From the NCBI GenBank assembly GCA_965637545.1, contig OZ281497.1:25544001-25608000 (forward strand): a stretch of DNA of 64,000 bases, written 5' to 3'. The notes beneath the pieces were generated by a model that saw only the letters and a program-made list of their open reading frames with translations, did not search any database and was not told the DNA's origin. Below are positions 33,640-45,513 of this stretch, one piece after another. Made by a program: the position numbers and the translations under genes. Each line of letters starts with the position of its first letter. The first letter of the stretch is position 1. The stretch comes from Phallusia mammillata. Its lineage: Eukaryota.

Positions 33640-34430
33640 GGAATCGCGCAAACGCTCATCAATTTTGTTCTCATAAACCCTGCGTTCACAATAACAGTAA
33701 ATATACCTTTGCTCGTCGGTAGAATGTTGATCATATGTCTTTAAGATCTGTTATTGCACTACGCTCAAATGCTGTAAGGTTACAGCAAGAATTGCCCCTG
33801 CGAGTCTTAATAAAATTTACGAGCTTGCTCTGTTTTGACATGCATAGGCAGCAAATCTAGATAAACAGCTGATTGTAAGTCTGATCGGAATTCGTCCCCG
33901 AGAGCATCCTGGGTTCTTACCCTGTAAAAAAACGTTATTTCTGGCTGCAATAGCTTATTTATACGTTTGTTTTATTGTCCTCGAAACTCGTTTATTTGTA
34001 ATTTAGTTACTGGGTGAGCGCGACCATGTTACTCCATGTAACTAAATCTTACCGTTGTGATAGTAACGAAGTAAGGGTTGTTACATTGATAAAACGAGAA
34101 TCGCAAAAGACGCAGACATTATATAATACGTGGCACGAACATACTCACGATTCTTAAAAAATACCACATATGTTACAGCGTTGACAGAAACGATTGAATA
34201 CATCAATTTCCTAACACTAGTACAGGAAATGATAAACAAGCGGATAAATTCTCAACACTAACCAACACAAACAACTGTCATGAATGTTGACACAAAAGCC
34301 GAGCAGACCCAAATGATAATTATTTTGATTCCATCAAAAGTACAATTTAATCCTTAAATCCTGTTAACCACCTTAATGTATAGACTTTTCTTTGTTCACT
34401 CGGTAAGTATAAACAAGTCATCCGACGTTT
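33640..34430 (-). mobile_element. Penelope-like element remnant (PLE copy 3), hammerhead truncated
   Basis: Homologous to 7640-8200. Only the GAAACGTC half of the core remains (plus-strand ccgacgttt|gcagac junction, also at ~8182). Confidence 0.6.
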
Positions 34431-34511
34431 GCAGACAAGGTTGACTAAATACCAAAGGAGGGCGCAAAGAGCATTTAAGAATATTTAAGAGCACAATTGT
34501 GAAAAAATACT

Positions 34512-36032
34512 TCGTTACTTAGGAATTAACTTTCCCATTACCGGCTCCCCAAAAGAACTGCTTGATTTAAACTTTGCAGGATTAATTGATAAAACTAAAA
34601 CTATACTAAACATTTGGTCAGGGAGAGGATTAACCCTAATTGGGCGGGTTTGCATTTTAAAAACTTTGATTATTCCCACCTTGACCTACAAGGTCAATGT
34701 TGTACCAATTGAATTACCAGAAGCATTCGTCAAAAACCTTAAAAGAATTTTTTTTAAGTTTATTTGGAACTCAAAATGGGAAAAAGTAAAACGAGCAAAG
34801 CTCTGTTGTAATATTGAGGATGGGGGAATCAATATGTTTGACTTGGACGCATATCTGGTGTGATTAGATATCAAATGGGTCAATCGATTATTTAACAATT
34901 CGTATGCATCTCCATGGAAAGATCTCGAAACCTCGATCGGGAACCCCAGAGAATTCAACTCGTGGTTAAACAGCAGTCCTTCAATCAATCCCCTTACGAA
35001 CATTAAGAAAGGCAGTCTCTGCCTGCAAAAAATTCGCAAAACTTACAAATCTCCCCGCTAATGTTTATAGACTCCTTTGATTAAATAGAGAAGTCCGATC
35101 ACGCCTAAAACCCTTTTACATGCCACCTCTAATTCGCGCTGGTATTTTCAGTCACCTTGATCTACTTAACAACGATGGTGATTACTATACATACGACGAA
35201 CTTACCCTCAAATTTAACTTTAAGCCAACAAATCAAGATTTCACCAATTTTATCAAATTAGTCGCCGCAATCCCAGAGAATTGGGATACAAACGACCGAC
35301 AAATCAACAGAGTACCCACTGAAACTGAACCAACTTGGTTGCATACCATAGCCCTGCGCGGCACAGTCAAAGAAACTTACACCTTCGTAAAAGATCACAC
35401 ATCAGAACCGCCAACAGAAGAACAGAAAAAATGGGAAACCGACATTGGGATTAGTACAGAAAAGCCAAACTGGAGGGAAGTGTACAGGAACACGTATAAC
35501 TGTACCTTAGAAACAAAATTAAGGGCGTTTCAAATCAAATTAAACTTAAAAGCGGTAATAACAAATAATAAACTATACAATTTTGGCATAGTAACTTCAG
35601 AAAAGTGCGTTTTCTGTCAAAGTTTCCCTGAAACCATTTTTCATTTGTTTTACACTTGTAAAGTTGTCGCCCTATATTGGGAAAATGTTAATTCTTGGAT
35701 CTCTCGCAAACTATTACTGAATATTAAACCGAATGTAGCGTTATGTTTATTTGGAACCCATTCGTACAGTTCTGTTACACCATTGTTAAATTGTATATTT
35801 CTATGTGCCCGGTTTGTAATATACCAATGTAAATATGCACAAAACAAACCTACTGTGAACAGATTTATTAACGCATTAAAAATAACGAAACAGTCCGAAC
35901 TAATTATTGCTACTAAAAGAAAAAGAAACGTGCAGAGTGCTTAGTCAAGTGATACTTAGCGTTTGTCTGCTTGTTCTGTTGTACTTCCATGTATCTGCCT
36001 TTCTTCGTGTCTTAGTTATCGCAATAAAAAAA
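34512..36032 (+). mobile_element. 5'-truncated L1/Tx1-clade LINE inserted into a MITE
   Basis: RYLGINF...WSGRGLTLIGRVCILKTL...FIW...GGINM, plus a zf-RVT-like CVFCQ...HLFYTC (35120-35944). A-rich tail. 17-bp TSD aattgtgaaaaaatact at 34495-34511 and 36033-36049. Confidence 0.9.
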
Positions 36033-36320
36033 AATTGTGAAAAAATACTGAGGGATAGGGTTGAGACGAGGTTTTATAATATGAAATTGATTTCTAACCC
36101 TATCTCAGCCTCACTCTCAATTTAAATTTAAATAAATATGCTCTTTGCGCCATCTATCAGAATTTAGCAAACTGTGTCTGTTGTGAGTTTTTTTGTTAAT
36201 ATCTCTACCCACCATTTAGCAAACCATTAGGAAGCAATGGCAGAACACACTTTAGGAAACATCGCCTTATTTTCCAAGTAAACCTTAAATAAGTGCATTT
36301 AGCGTGCATTATCACGAGAC

Positions 36321-39051
36321 TGTCATAAACGCACACACCTTTCAGCCCTTACCTGTATTGACTGCCACGTTTAAGACGCGGTATGCGGTTATTTACGACA
36401 CGTGACGTCATAACAAAGGGACGACATTTAGCAATAAATTGATACATCACAACTTCCTTTCGTTCAAATTGAACTTACGTCTGGAAGTGTAAGGATTTAA
36501 TGGACGTAAATTAACACGATTACGCCGGTAGAATACACCATGACTAACTTTTGTTTCCCAGATAAGACCAATGAGACTGTTTTTCGATAGCTCCTTATTG
36601 ATACCATAGTTTGTTTTGAGTATTGTACAGTTTTACAGGAGCGTCGACTTGTAATTGTAGCATGTTTCTTGTTCCCCTGTCATCTTCTTTTTTGTTGTTT
36701 TCTTTCTTTTTCAAACGGACGCCAAGTTGAATTTTTAACTTTTCAATATCCAGGGACATCGTGTGTCTGATTTGCCGACCCATAAGAAGCTGGTCTGGTG
36801 ACTTTCTGCAAAGGAGAGGAGCGCTCCTAAATATTAACAAACTTTTGTTAAAATTCTGTACACTGGCGTGAGCTTTTTTAAGTAGTTGCTTCGTTGTCTG
36901 GACACTCCTCTCAGCTAGCCGTTATAGATCGTGGATAAAGTGGACTCGAGGTTACGTGAACAAAACCACATTCCTCGGCGAATTTGCAGACTCTTCATTA
37001 GAAAACTGAGGACCGTTATCACTTATAACAGTTTCGGGAATTCCAAACCTGGAAAAAAATGTTTTTAAACCACTTATAACAGATGCTGCAGAAGTTGTAG
37101 TCAACGGGGTTACTTCTGGATATCTGGAGTAGCAGTCCACTGTTACCATAAATATTTTTCGGTTCAACCAGAACAGGTCACTAGCTTGGTGACGTTCTAA
37201 CGGTTGGCGTTGTATTTCATGTGTTCAAACATTATGTACACCAACATGTGAAACACTTCTGTCCCAGAACAAATGCCGAATGGCATACGCAAAAATCTGT
37301 AACGTCCAAACGGAGTGTTAAACGTACAAAGCCTACAACTATCTTCATCCAATTTTACTTGCCAAGACAGACAAAGCGTCGAGTTTAGCAAATACTTTTG
37401 AAAATTGACTAATGATTTCTTATCTAGTCGGAAGACAGAAATGCTCACGCAAAATTGCTTTATTTAAATCTGGCAGATCCAAACATAGTCTTAATTTTCC
37501 GTTTTTCTTTTCTGCTATTACAAGAGAGTTCACCCACTTAGTTGGTTCTTCTATACTTTGATTACTTGCATGCTTTCCATTCTTTGTAGCTCCTGTTGTA
37601 GTTTGTTCTTGAGTGCAAATTAATTTTTTCTGCTGGAACGGACTACATGACAAACTCTGCTATCGGTCTTTATTCGGTGACAACCTGAAACACAACCCAA
37701 CCCTTGAAATAAATCTGAAAAGCTGGACAGCAAATTTTGTTCGTCACTAACAATCGATTCAAGTCTATTTATTAGGCCAAGAGGTACTGCTCCATTCAAT
37801 CCTATAATAGGCAATGCATTAATCTCCACAACAACAAATGGTAGAGTAAATGATGGCCTTCTGTATTGAAGTGTTAAACTTGTGGTCCCACAAACTGCAA
37901 TATTGTGGCCAATATATGAGATCAATCGAATATTGGTGCAAGAAATATATGGGCATCCCTGTTTTATAAAATCATTTCGTGACAAAATATTTGCTAGGGC
38001 TCTCGTGCCTATCTTAAAACGAAGTGTACATGAAAGCACAAAAATGTCATTTAACCAATCTTTTGGTAAACTGGTAGTACTTACCGATTACATGTTGTAC
38101 ATCTGAATTGTAACCGCGCGTTGCGCTTGCGGGTGATTAGTTACACTGCAACATCGAGCGAAGTGGTTCCTTCGACCACACTTCAAGCGTCGCCTTCCCC
38201 AGGCAGGACGTCATGTCGCAAGACGCAGAATCTGCAAATTGACGTCATGTCGCAAGAGACTGACGTCATGTCGCAAGACGCAGAATCTGCAAATTCGAAG
38301 CGCTGGTAATTGATTGCCACGCGGTTGGCGTTGACTAACATCCAAGCAAAAACTCGTTAAACTTGTTGATCGGTGGTTTGTGTTCTTACTGTTTCATTTG
38401 TTATGCACATTTTAATAGCTTTTTAAGGGTTAATTATTCTTCCCGTAGCAAACTGGCGAAGTTGATCACACTCGATACAAATAATTTGTCTCGGATTGGT
38501 GAGGCACAAAGATCAACGAAATCACAGTTTTTAGAGAGTTTTTTTTAATCGGTTATAAAAACATCTCTTCTTTAACCACAGTTTTGATTTCTAGAAAAAA
38601 AAACTGTATCACTCGCTGGTGATGTTCTTTCTAGGACAACAGTAGTTTTTGAATACATTAATCACAGCTTCAAAGTACATTTCTTGTTCTTCTTCAAATT
38701 TAAATGTTGAGGAGATCGTTTGACCTTGCTCTCCACCACGTGCAGCAGCATCGACGTGTTACCTTTTGCAGCTGTTTCGTCATAACCAACAGCTGTTAAA
38801 AAAACCTAAATCCCCTAATAAACTTAATCCAGTTTTGTAACACATTGCCACTCCATCGCATAGCTTCCCGTAGTGAGAACGAACCCTCCATTTTATTTAA
38901 AAAACACTTCTGACACCATGTTAAATACGCACACACCTTCAAGCGGTTACCTGTATTGACTGCCACGTTTAAGACGCGGTATACGGTTATATACGACACG
39001 TGACGTCATATAACACAGGAGCGACATCTAACGATAAATACATACATCACA
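36321..39051 (-). mobile_element. Internally deleted Ty3/Gypsy (Mag-like) LTR retrotransposon
   Basis: About 130-bp TG...CA LTRs at 38919-39051 and 36321-36451. PBS TGGTGTCAGAAGTG (38905-38918). Remnants of RT (WVNSLVIAEKKNGKLRLCLD; FNTPFGRYRFLRMPFGI) and integrase (VDCYSRYPEV...SDNGPQF). Confidence 0.85.
38209..38296 (+). repeat. Short tandem repeat of gacgtcatgtcgcaaga (3 copies)
   Basis: Read directly; units 1 and 3 continue cgcagaatctgcaaatt. Confidence 0.8.
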
Positions 39052-39859
39052 CAAACAGTTTATTTATTCCTTGCAAAACTATTTCCCACATCAACATGCA
39101 TGGTGAATTGTGTTTAGTTTCGTCGGATTGTACTTCGCATGGGACTGGCTCAAAAAAGCATCAGCAGTTCCTTATTCAAATAGAATCGAGTCGAAACACT
39201 AATTTATCTGTCACATTTTTTGCTCATATAGTTGCAAGCTGTGGTGATATTACATACGATTTTATAAATCTTTTTTGCTCCAAATAATGATTATTGTTGT
39301 GTGGTGATACTGTGAGTCTCCACCTGGGCTACAAGGTGTTTGAAATGATTGAGTGGAGCTTGACAAATAAGACACACAGGTTTACTTCCATTATCAATGA
39401 ATGCAAACTGCTCCTCCCATTCTGTTTTAAATGTTATAGTTTCCTGTTTATCTTTTTTTGCAATTATTTCTCTGCTTCAATCTGACAATATATTTGACTA
39501 CAACCAATAAGCTAGCACGCTTCTACAATAACGTTCTTTTCGGTTTTCGGAATGTACATTGGTTATTACAAACAGTTAGTCTATTGTTAATACGTGATAG
39601 AATGTATTGTTGTGTAAACAGGTTAAACAACTCAACAAGATGGGGAAATGCATGTGCAACATTAAACAGCCGTAATCAAAAGCTCAAAGAGCCGCAGTTT
39701 GGCCACCCCTGCTATATGCAATCAAAGAAACGTTCAAGAAAACCAATTTACATGACAATAAAATAAATCCCTAAAAACATTTTTGATTTACCACATATTT
39801 GTAAACAAGTAATGTGTTACCGAAACTATACAAAACTTCAAAATAATATCAATCTTCTG

Positions 39860-41275
39860 TCATTGTTGAGAGACGAGCAACGTTTGTTGCGCTTCCTGTT
39901 CTGTTTCCTCTGTGTCATTGTTGTCCTCAACTTCCAATCTGTGATTCCTGGACGAGACTAGCAACAATAGTAGGATCCCCATCAACACGCAAGCACTTTG
40001 AAAAGCAAATACAGCGATAGTTCTCCAGTGTTGAAACATTACTCTTCCAAGAACGGCCATTAACAAAGCGACAGCCGATTGAATGCCGGCCATCACAGTG
40101 TTGACAAGCGTTTCGTCTGTCGGATAAGTCACCTGTGTGACCATTTCGAACAAAACGACAACCGTACATCCTGCAAAGAATCCAAATAGTGCATTACATG
40201 CGTACAACCCTGGAATTACGTTGTAAATTGCGTTAACAGCGACCCCCACGGTCGACATAAGTTCTAGAGTACTTCCACAGAGAGCGAGTATCTTGTATCG
40301 CTTGCAACGGTCAACGACTTTTCCACCAAGGGTTAGTCCTATAATGGCGCCGACACTGTATGTACTCATGATATAACCACTTAACGTAGAAGATGCAACG
40401 TGGTTTGCGATGCGAATATCTGTAATGACTTCAGACATCATAATGTTTTCAACAAAGACTGTGTCCAATATAAATCCGATGACAATACAGACCAAAACAT
40501 AAGAACGACTGGTAAAAAGTCCCTTCGACTGATGAAAGAATTCCTTTATTGGTTTTTGTACTTGTTCGCTTCTGTTCTTGAGCTCTTGTGCCACTGTTGG
40601 TGGTGTGGGAGGTTTATCAGTTAAGAAAATCAAAAACAAGATAGTTACAGCTGCCGATGTTGCCAGAAATGACCCGTACATGTAACGCAATTGGCGTTGT
40701 CCTGAAGCTAAGGCACCCTGGGTTAACACCTTATTGACTTGTAAAGTATGGTTTGAAGGTGTTACAAGGTATGAAGGCAATGTGTAACCGATTACATTGC
40801 CGGTGGATAGACCAAGAACGTTCAGTGCTATCGCCGTTCCAACTTGGCTTTCTGGAAACCAAAGCACAGCAAAAGTGGAAGGCATGGCCAAACCCAATGT
40901 ATCGGCAATCCCAGATACAGTTTGTCCAATTACTATTACAGCAAACAACGAACGATCGATGAAAGACAGAGTAACAAACAAAAGACCGATGGTCGAGCTG
41001 CAAGCAATTATTAGAACCAGCCCTTTAAATCCGATCTTGTTGGTAAAAATCATTAAAGCAATAGGAAATGTAATAAGTATAGCGCTGATATTTCTTGCAT
41101 TGGTGATCCAATCCACTGCTGCTGGAGTTGATTTGAAAAACTGAACGTAAAAATTGTTGATTTGTCCGTAACTGGCAAACGATATTCCGGCACAAAGTTC
41201 CAAAATAAAAAATCCCAATAGAAATGCCCATCTTCGTTTGTACAATATTATTTGGTTGGAAATTTCCAGAGACAT
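39860..41275 (-). CDS. FLVCR/SLC49-like MFS transporter, intact (471 aa); divergent copy B
   Basis: Open ORF with all family motifs. Confidence 0.9.
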   Translation of the reverse strand: MSLEISNQIILYKRRWAFLLGFFILELCAGISFASYGQINNFYVQFFKSTPAAVDWITNARNISAILITFPIALMIFTNKIGFKGLVLIIACSSTIGLLFVTLSFIDRSLFAVIVIGQTVSGIADTLGLAMPSTFAVLWFPESQVGTAIALNVLGLSTGNVIGYTLPSYLVTPSNHTLQVNKVLTQGALASGQRQLRYMYGSFLATSAAVTILFLIFLTDKPPTPPTVAQELKNRSEQVQKPIKEFFHQSKGLFTSRSYVLVCIVIGFILDTVFVENIMMSEVITDIRIANHVASSTLSGYIMSTYSVGAIIGLTLGGKVVDRCKRYKILALCGSTLELMSTVGVAVNAIYNVIPGLYACNALFGFFAGCTVVVLFEMVTQVTYPTDETLVNTVMAGIQSAVALLMAVLGRVMFQHWRTIAVFAFQSACVLMGILLLLLVSSRNHRLEVEDNNDTEETEQEAQQTLLVSQQ

Positions 41276-42880
41276 CAGAAATTCCTGTGGTAAATTTTGT
41301 AGAAAAGCGTTTCCAACGCAATATCTTGTATGGATTGTAATGATTTTCTATAAATAGTCTTTTCTGTAAAACAAAGAATATCAAATCCGAGTGTATTTGT
41401 TAAAAGTTTGACAAAACACAAACTGAACTGCAAATAATCAAACGACATATACCAGATTGCATTCTAAACCTGAAACCGAATAACGCCTGAAATCTGCAAG
41501 CAAACATGTGCCTTCCAAATGCCTACTCAATTTAAGATATGCGTTTAAATATATTTTTTAGGGCTGCGTTTAAATATATGAAAAACAACTTATTATACTG
41601 TAAAGCCAGCAGGCAACTGTTTTGCATTCCGTCAAATAAACAAAATTTCGTTTAAACCCAGTTTACGAAACATAAATAGCTGGCATTATCTGATTGTTGC
41701 TGCAGATTTTAATCTTCCAAATGTTTCGTTAGTCCTTTGCCAACATAAAACCTTTTTAACTGGCCTTTTTTATTATTTTACGTTTTGTTACGTCCGCTAG
41801 GCGCACATGTTGAAACAGTGACCTAAAAGTGAAGGCCTTGTTATCACCTATTCGAAATATGCCACATGAAAACCCACATGTAACTTGACTGTATTCAGTT
41901 TATAGTTGGCACACATTAACAGTTTAAATCCAGGATGAACATTGTATACTACAAAGTCAACTTTTAAGCTGCAAATTTACGCTGTTTTTAGTTTTAAAAA
42001 CGGTCCGCATTGCAAAAAAGTTTGCCGACCCCTGTTCTACAAGGTCTCATCAAAACAGCTAATGACAAGACATTGTCCGTATAGCATTAAGAACGCTGTA
42101 GATCAAAACAGATGACATTGGGTAAAGTGCAACTTGTCATGCCTTATTGCTGTTACATTAGCTTTCATGCACCGAAAACTATAATCATGTGTAAAATTGT
42201 GCACAAAATTATTGCTGCAATTGATTGCTCCAGATTTGCGTTCTTACCATTTTAGCGCAGGCCGCGACTTAGCCAACAACTGCTAAGTGCGGGCTTTTGT
42301 TAACTGTCTCGATCATTGCGCATAATTGCGTTGCCCTGTCTGCTGCAATGCCTCAACACCACCCATAAGATAACACTTTAAAAATAGTGCTTGCTATCAT
42401 GTATTTTCTAATCATGTTTTTCTTCTGTTCACTTCAACAACGACTTCTGCATGATAAATACGTTAAACTCAAGTTTATAAAATGCAAAGCGTTGCCCTTG
42501 ACACGCGCCGAACACACATTCATCACACGGGCCGATGTATTTCAAGTTCAATAAACGGACAGTCGCATTTGTCCCCAGAAACTTTCATTGGAAATCCCAA
42601 TCCACATGATACTTGAAAGAAGTCCGTCAAACATATTGAACGCGTTAAATAGGGTTGGACCGATACCCAGTTTTAATCCGATATCAGTATTAGTACTTCG
42701 GTACTTAAGTGACTACATGTAAAAATACGTTTTTCACTTTAAAAGTCTTTCTAAATATTAACTTAAAAAATATCATACACCATTTCACCTAGTTTACATA
42801 GTTGCCTCTATCTGACTCACTAAAATCGATATAATTGAAAGTCTTTGTACACATGTAAGTAATTATGTCTCCTGGTCCGT

Positions 42881-43907
42881 TTAGGCAAGTTTTGAAAGTA
42901 TATTCTGGCGCACATGTAAACAAATATTGTCGATTAGTTGTATTGCGTTTATCCCGTTTTCGTTGTTAACTTCCAATCTGCGATTTCTCGACGAAACTAA
43001 AGACAACAACAGAACACCTATCAACACACATGCGTATTGAAACGCAAGTACGCCGATGCTCTTCCAATGTAGAAACATGACCCTAAACGCCCAACAAGAA
43101 GGTGATCACCGTCTGAATACAAGCTAACCAAGTATTGACGAGGGTTTCATCAACAGGGTATGTCACTTGTGTGGTCATTTCAAACAGTACAACGGCACTA
43201 AACCCAACAAAGAATCCAAAGAATGCATTGCAAGCGTATATTCCAGGAATATTCCTGTATACCGCACTGATTGCAATTCCCAAGGTTGAAAGAAGTATTA
43301 GTAAACATCCGCTTATCGCTAGAAATTTGTAATTTTTGCAACGGTCAACAACTTTCCCTCCAACTCCAAGGCCAATAATTGCGCCAGAACTCAACAAGCA
43401 CATGATGTAACCGCTTAACGTTGAAGCTGAAACATGATGTGAGATTTGAAGGTCAGTAATGATTTCAGACATGAACATACTTTCAATTAATTCTAGTTGC
43501 AACACTAACCCACTAACAATACAGATTAAAGCAAAGGATGGAATAGTAGAAAGTTGCTTCGTTTGATAAAGAAATTCTTTTGCAGACCTTTGACTTCTAA
43601 CAGCTTTATTCTTCAGATCTTGAGCTAAAGTAGGTGGTGTGGGAGGAGAAGACCAATTGTCGAACTGCAGGAGATTGCAAGAACGAGTCTTTTGAGTCCA
43701 ATTTTATCCTTGAAAACCAATAAGGCAAGGGGAAATGTGATGAATATAGCACTAATGTTTCTTGCGTTGGTGATCCAATCCACGAGTTCCGGTGTGGTTT
43801 TAAAAAGCTGAACATAAAACCAGTTGATTTGAAAATTGTAAAACAAATAACCCGAAAAGAAACACCCGTCTTCGTTTGTACAACTTAAGTTGATTATTAA
43901 CATCCAT
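42881..43907 (-). pseudogene. FLVCR-like MFS pseudogene with internal deletions and frameshifts
   Basis: Starts MDVNNQLKLYKRR. TM3 (IGLL) is joined directly to the PPTPPT region at ~43650. Separate fragments 43083-43505 and 42881-43078. Confidence 0.88.
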
Positions 43908-44659
43908 TGCTTTCGTGTTTTTACTGCAAGTAAGCTACTTACAAAGTATGTTTGGTAAGTGAAAAAGAATTATATTTGTACAACAATTATGAACACTGGC
44001 CAAAATGAAACGTAAACGATACGTACTACTTACTGTTTTTCTTAGATATAAATAATGATTTAAACTATGCCAATACAAGAAAGCCAACTGTTTTAGTGTG
44101 GTGTTAACGAGCGACCCAAATGTCTTTTGTTTTTTATTAAATCAGTACATCCGGTGCAGTTTTACTGGAAACCAAACAATGAGTTAAAGTTTTAAGTTTT
44201 ACTGGGAGCTGTTAACTGAAGTCGATACTGGCGCGATTAGTAACAAAGCAAAACAAATTGTGTTACATTGAAGTGCGGGTGCGGTCTAATCGTGTTAATT
44301 GTATTTGATCTATCACTTAATAATGTTGCACGTACACCCCTGGTTTGCGACCTTGACCAAAAACTTGATTTTTGACGGGTTTCGGAAGGCATTCAATTGC
44401 TATATATCGCAAGATCAACACACACTTTAATGATCGCGAAGGGAAATAGGTTCGTTTACTACCAAATCAAATCAATGCCCTTGTAGCTAACCTCCCGGTT
44501 GGACAAGGCAAAAAAATCCTGCCCCATAGTTTCAAGCTCCCTAAGGAAATATGCATTTTACAATTACGACCCGACAGATTTACCAACACGGTTTACCCAT
44601 CTTTTTTTCCATTTTCTTGGCTTTGCGTACCTGGCCGGCTAATGTTAAACGCTTTATGG

Positions 44660-44985
44660 CGGGGGTGGGAAACCTACTTAGTACTGCGGGCCGCATGAAT
44701 TGCACAACATTTTCGGACGGGCCAAATATTTTCTTACATTCAAATTCCGTGTAAAAATACCCAAAGCACAGAAGTGGTTTTATATTTTATCGCTCCAGAT
44801 TTGATTTTTTCTTTGCTGCTCATGTTTGCAACAAACAAGGCATACAAGTTTATCACTTATTTTTACTAAAAAATAGTTTGTCTATTCTTTCTGGAAAACC
44901 TCTAGCTCCATTATATCTATCCGTCTTTTTTTTTTCAAAAATTAAAATTAAAACGGCAAGTGGGCCACATGCGGCCCCACCCCTG
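44660..44985. mobile_element. hAT-type MITE
   Basis: Ends cgggggtgggaaacc / cccacccctg. Exact 8-bp TSD ctttatgg. Confidence 0.75.
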
Positions 44986-45513
44986 CTTTATGGCGTGAGT
45001 GATAGAGGGTGTATGTGATAACTGATCCTATACGAATAGAGAACAACTATTAAATCTGTACGCAAAGTATCCTACATACGATTGTCACTTGGTAGTGCTA
45101 TAGAGTTAGAATAAACGTGAGTAAACTGAGTAAATAAAATTATCTTTGGTTTTATATCACAAAAAAATAACTTGTACTTTTAAATGAAGGATTGCTTTCT
45201 TTGGGGGATAGCCAAAAAGTGTAAAAGCAATTCTTACTAACAATCCTATTATGTTGAACAAAATGTATTGTGAATTGCGTACAACGGCTTTGTTGGCTCA
45301 AGCCTCTAACATCCTGGAAGTGAATTGTTGCAGAAAATGCAGCTGTGCATTCTGTGGCAGATGTTTGTTAAGTGGCGATAAACAAGATGTCACAGTTTTG
45401 GTAGTAGTTTTAGCATCCAAATCATGCTTTGATATGTTTTAAATCATGTCTCATATGAAACTTAGCTTAGATGATGGATTTTTTTAACTTGTAGGGTTAG
45501 GTAAAAAAATGCA

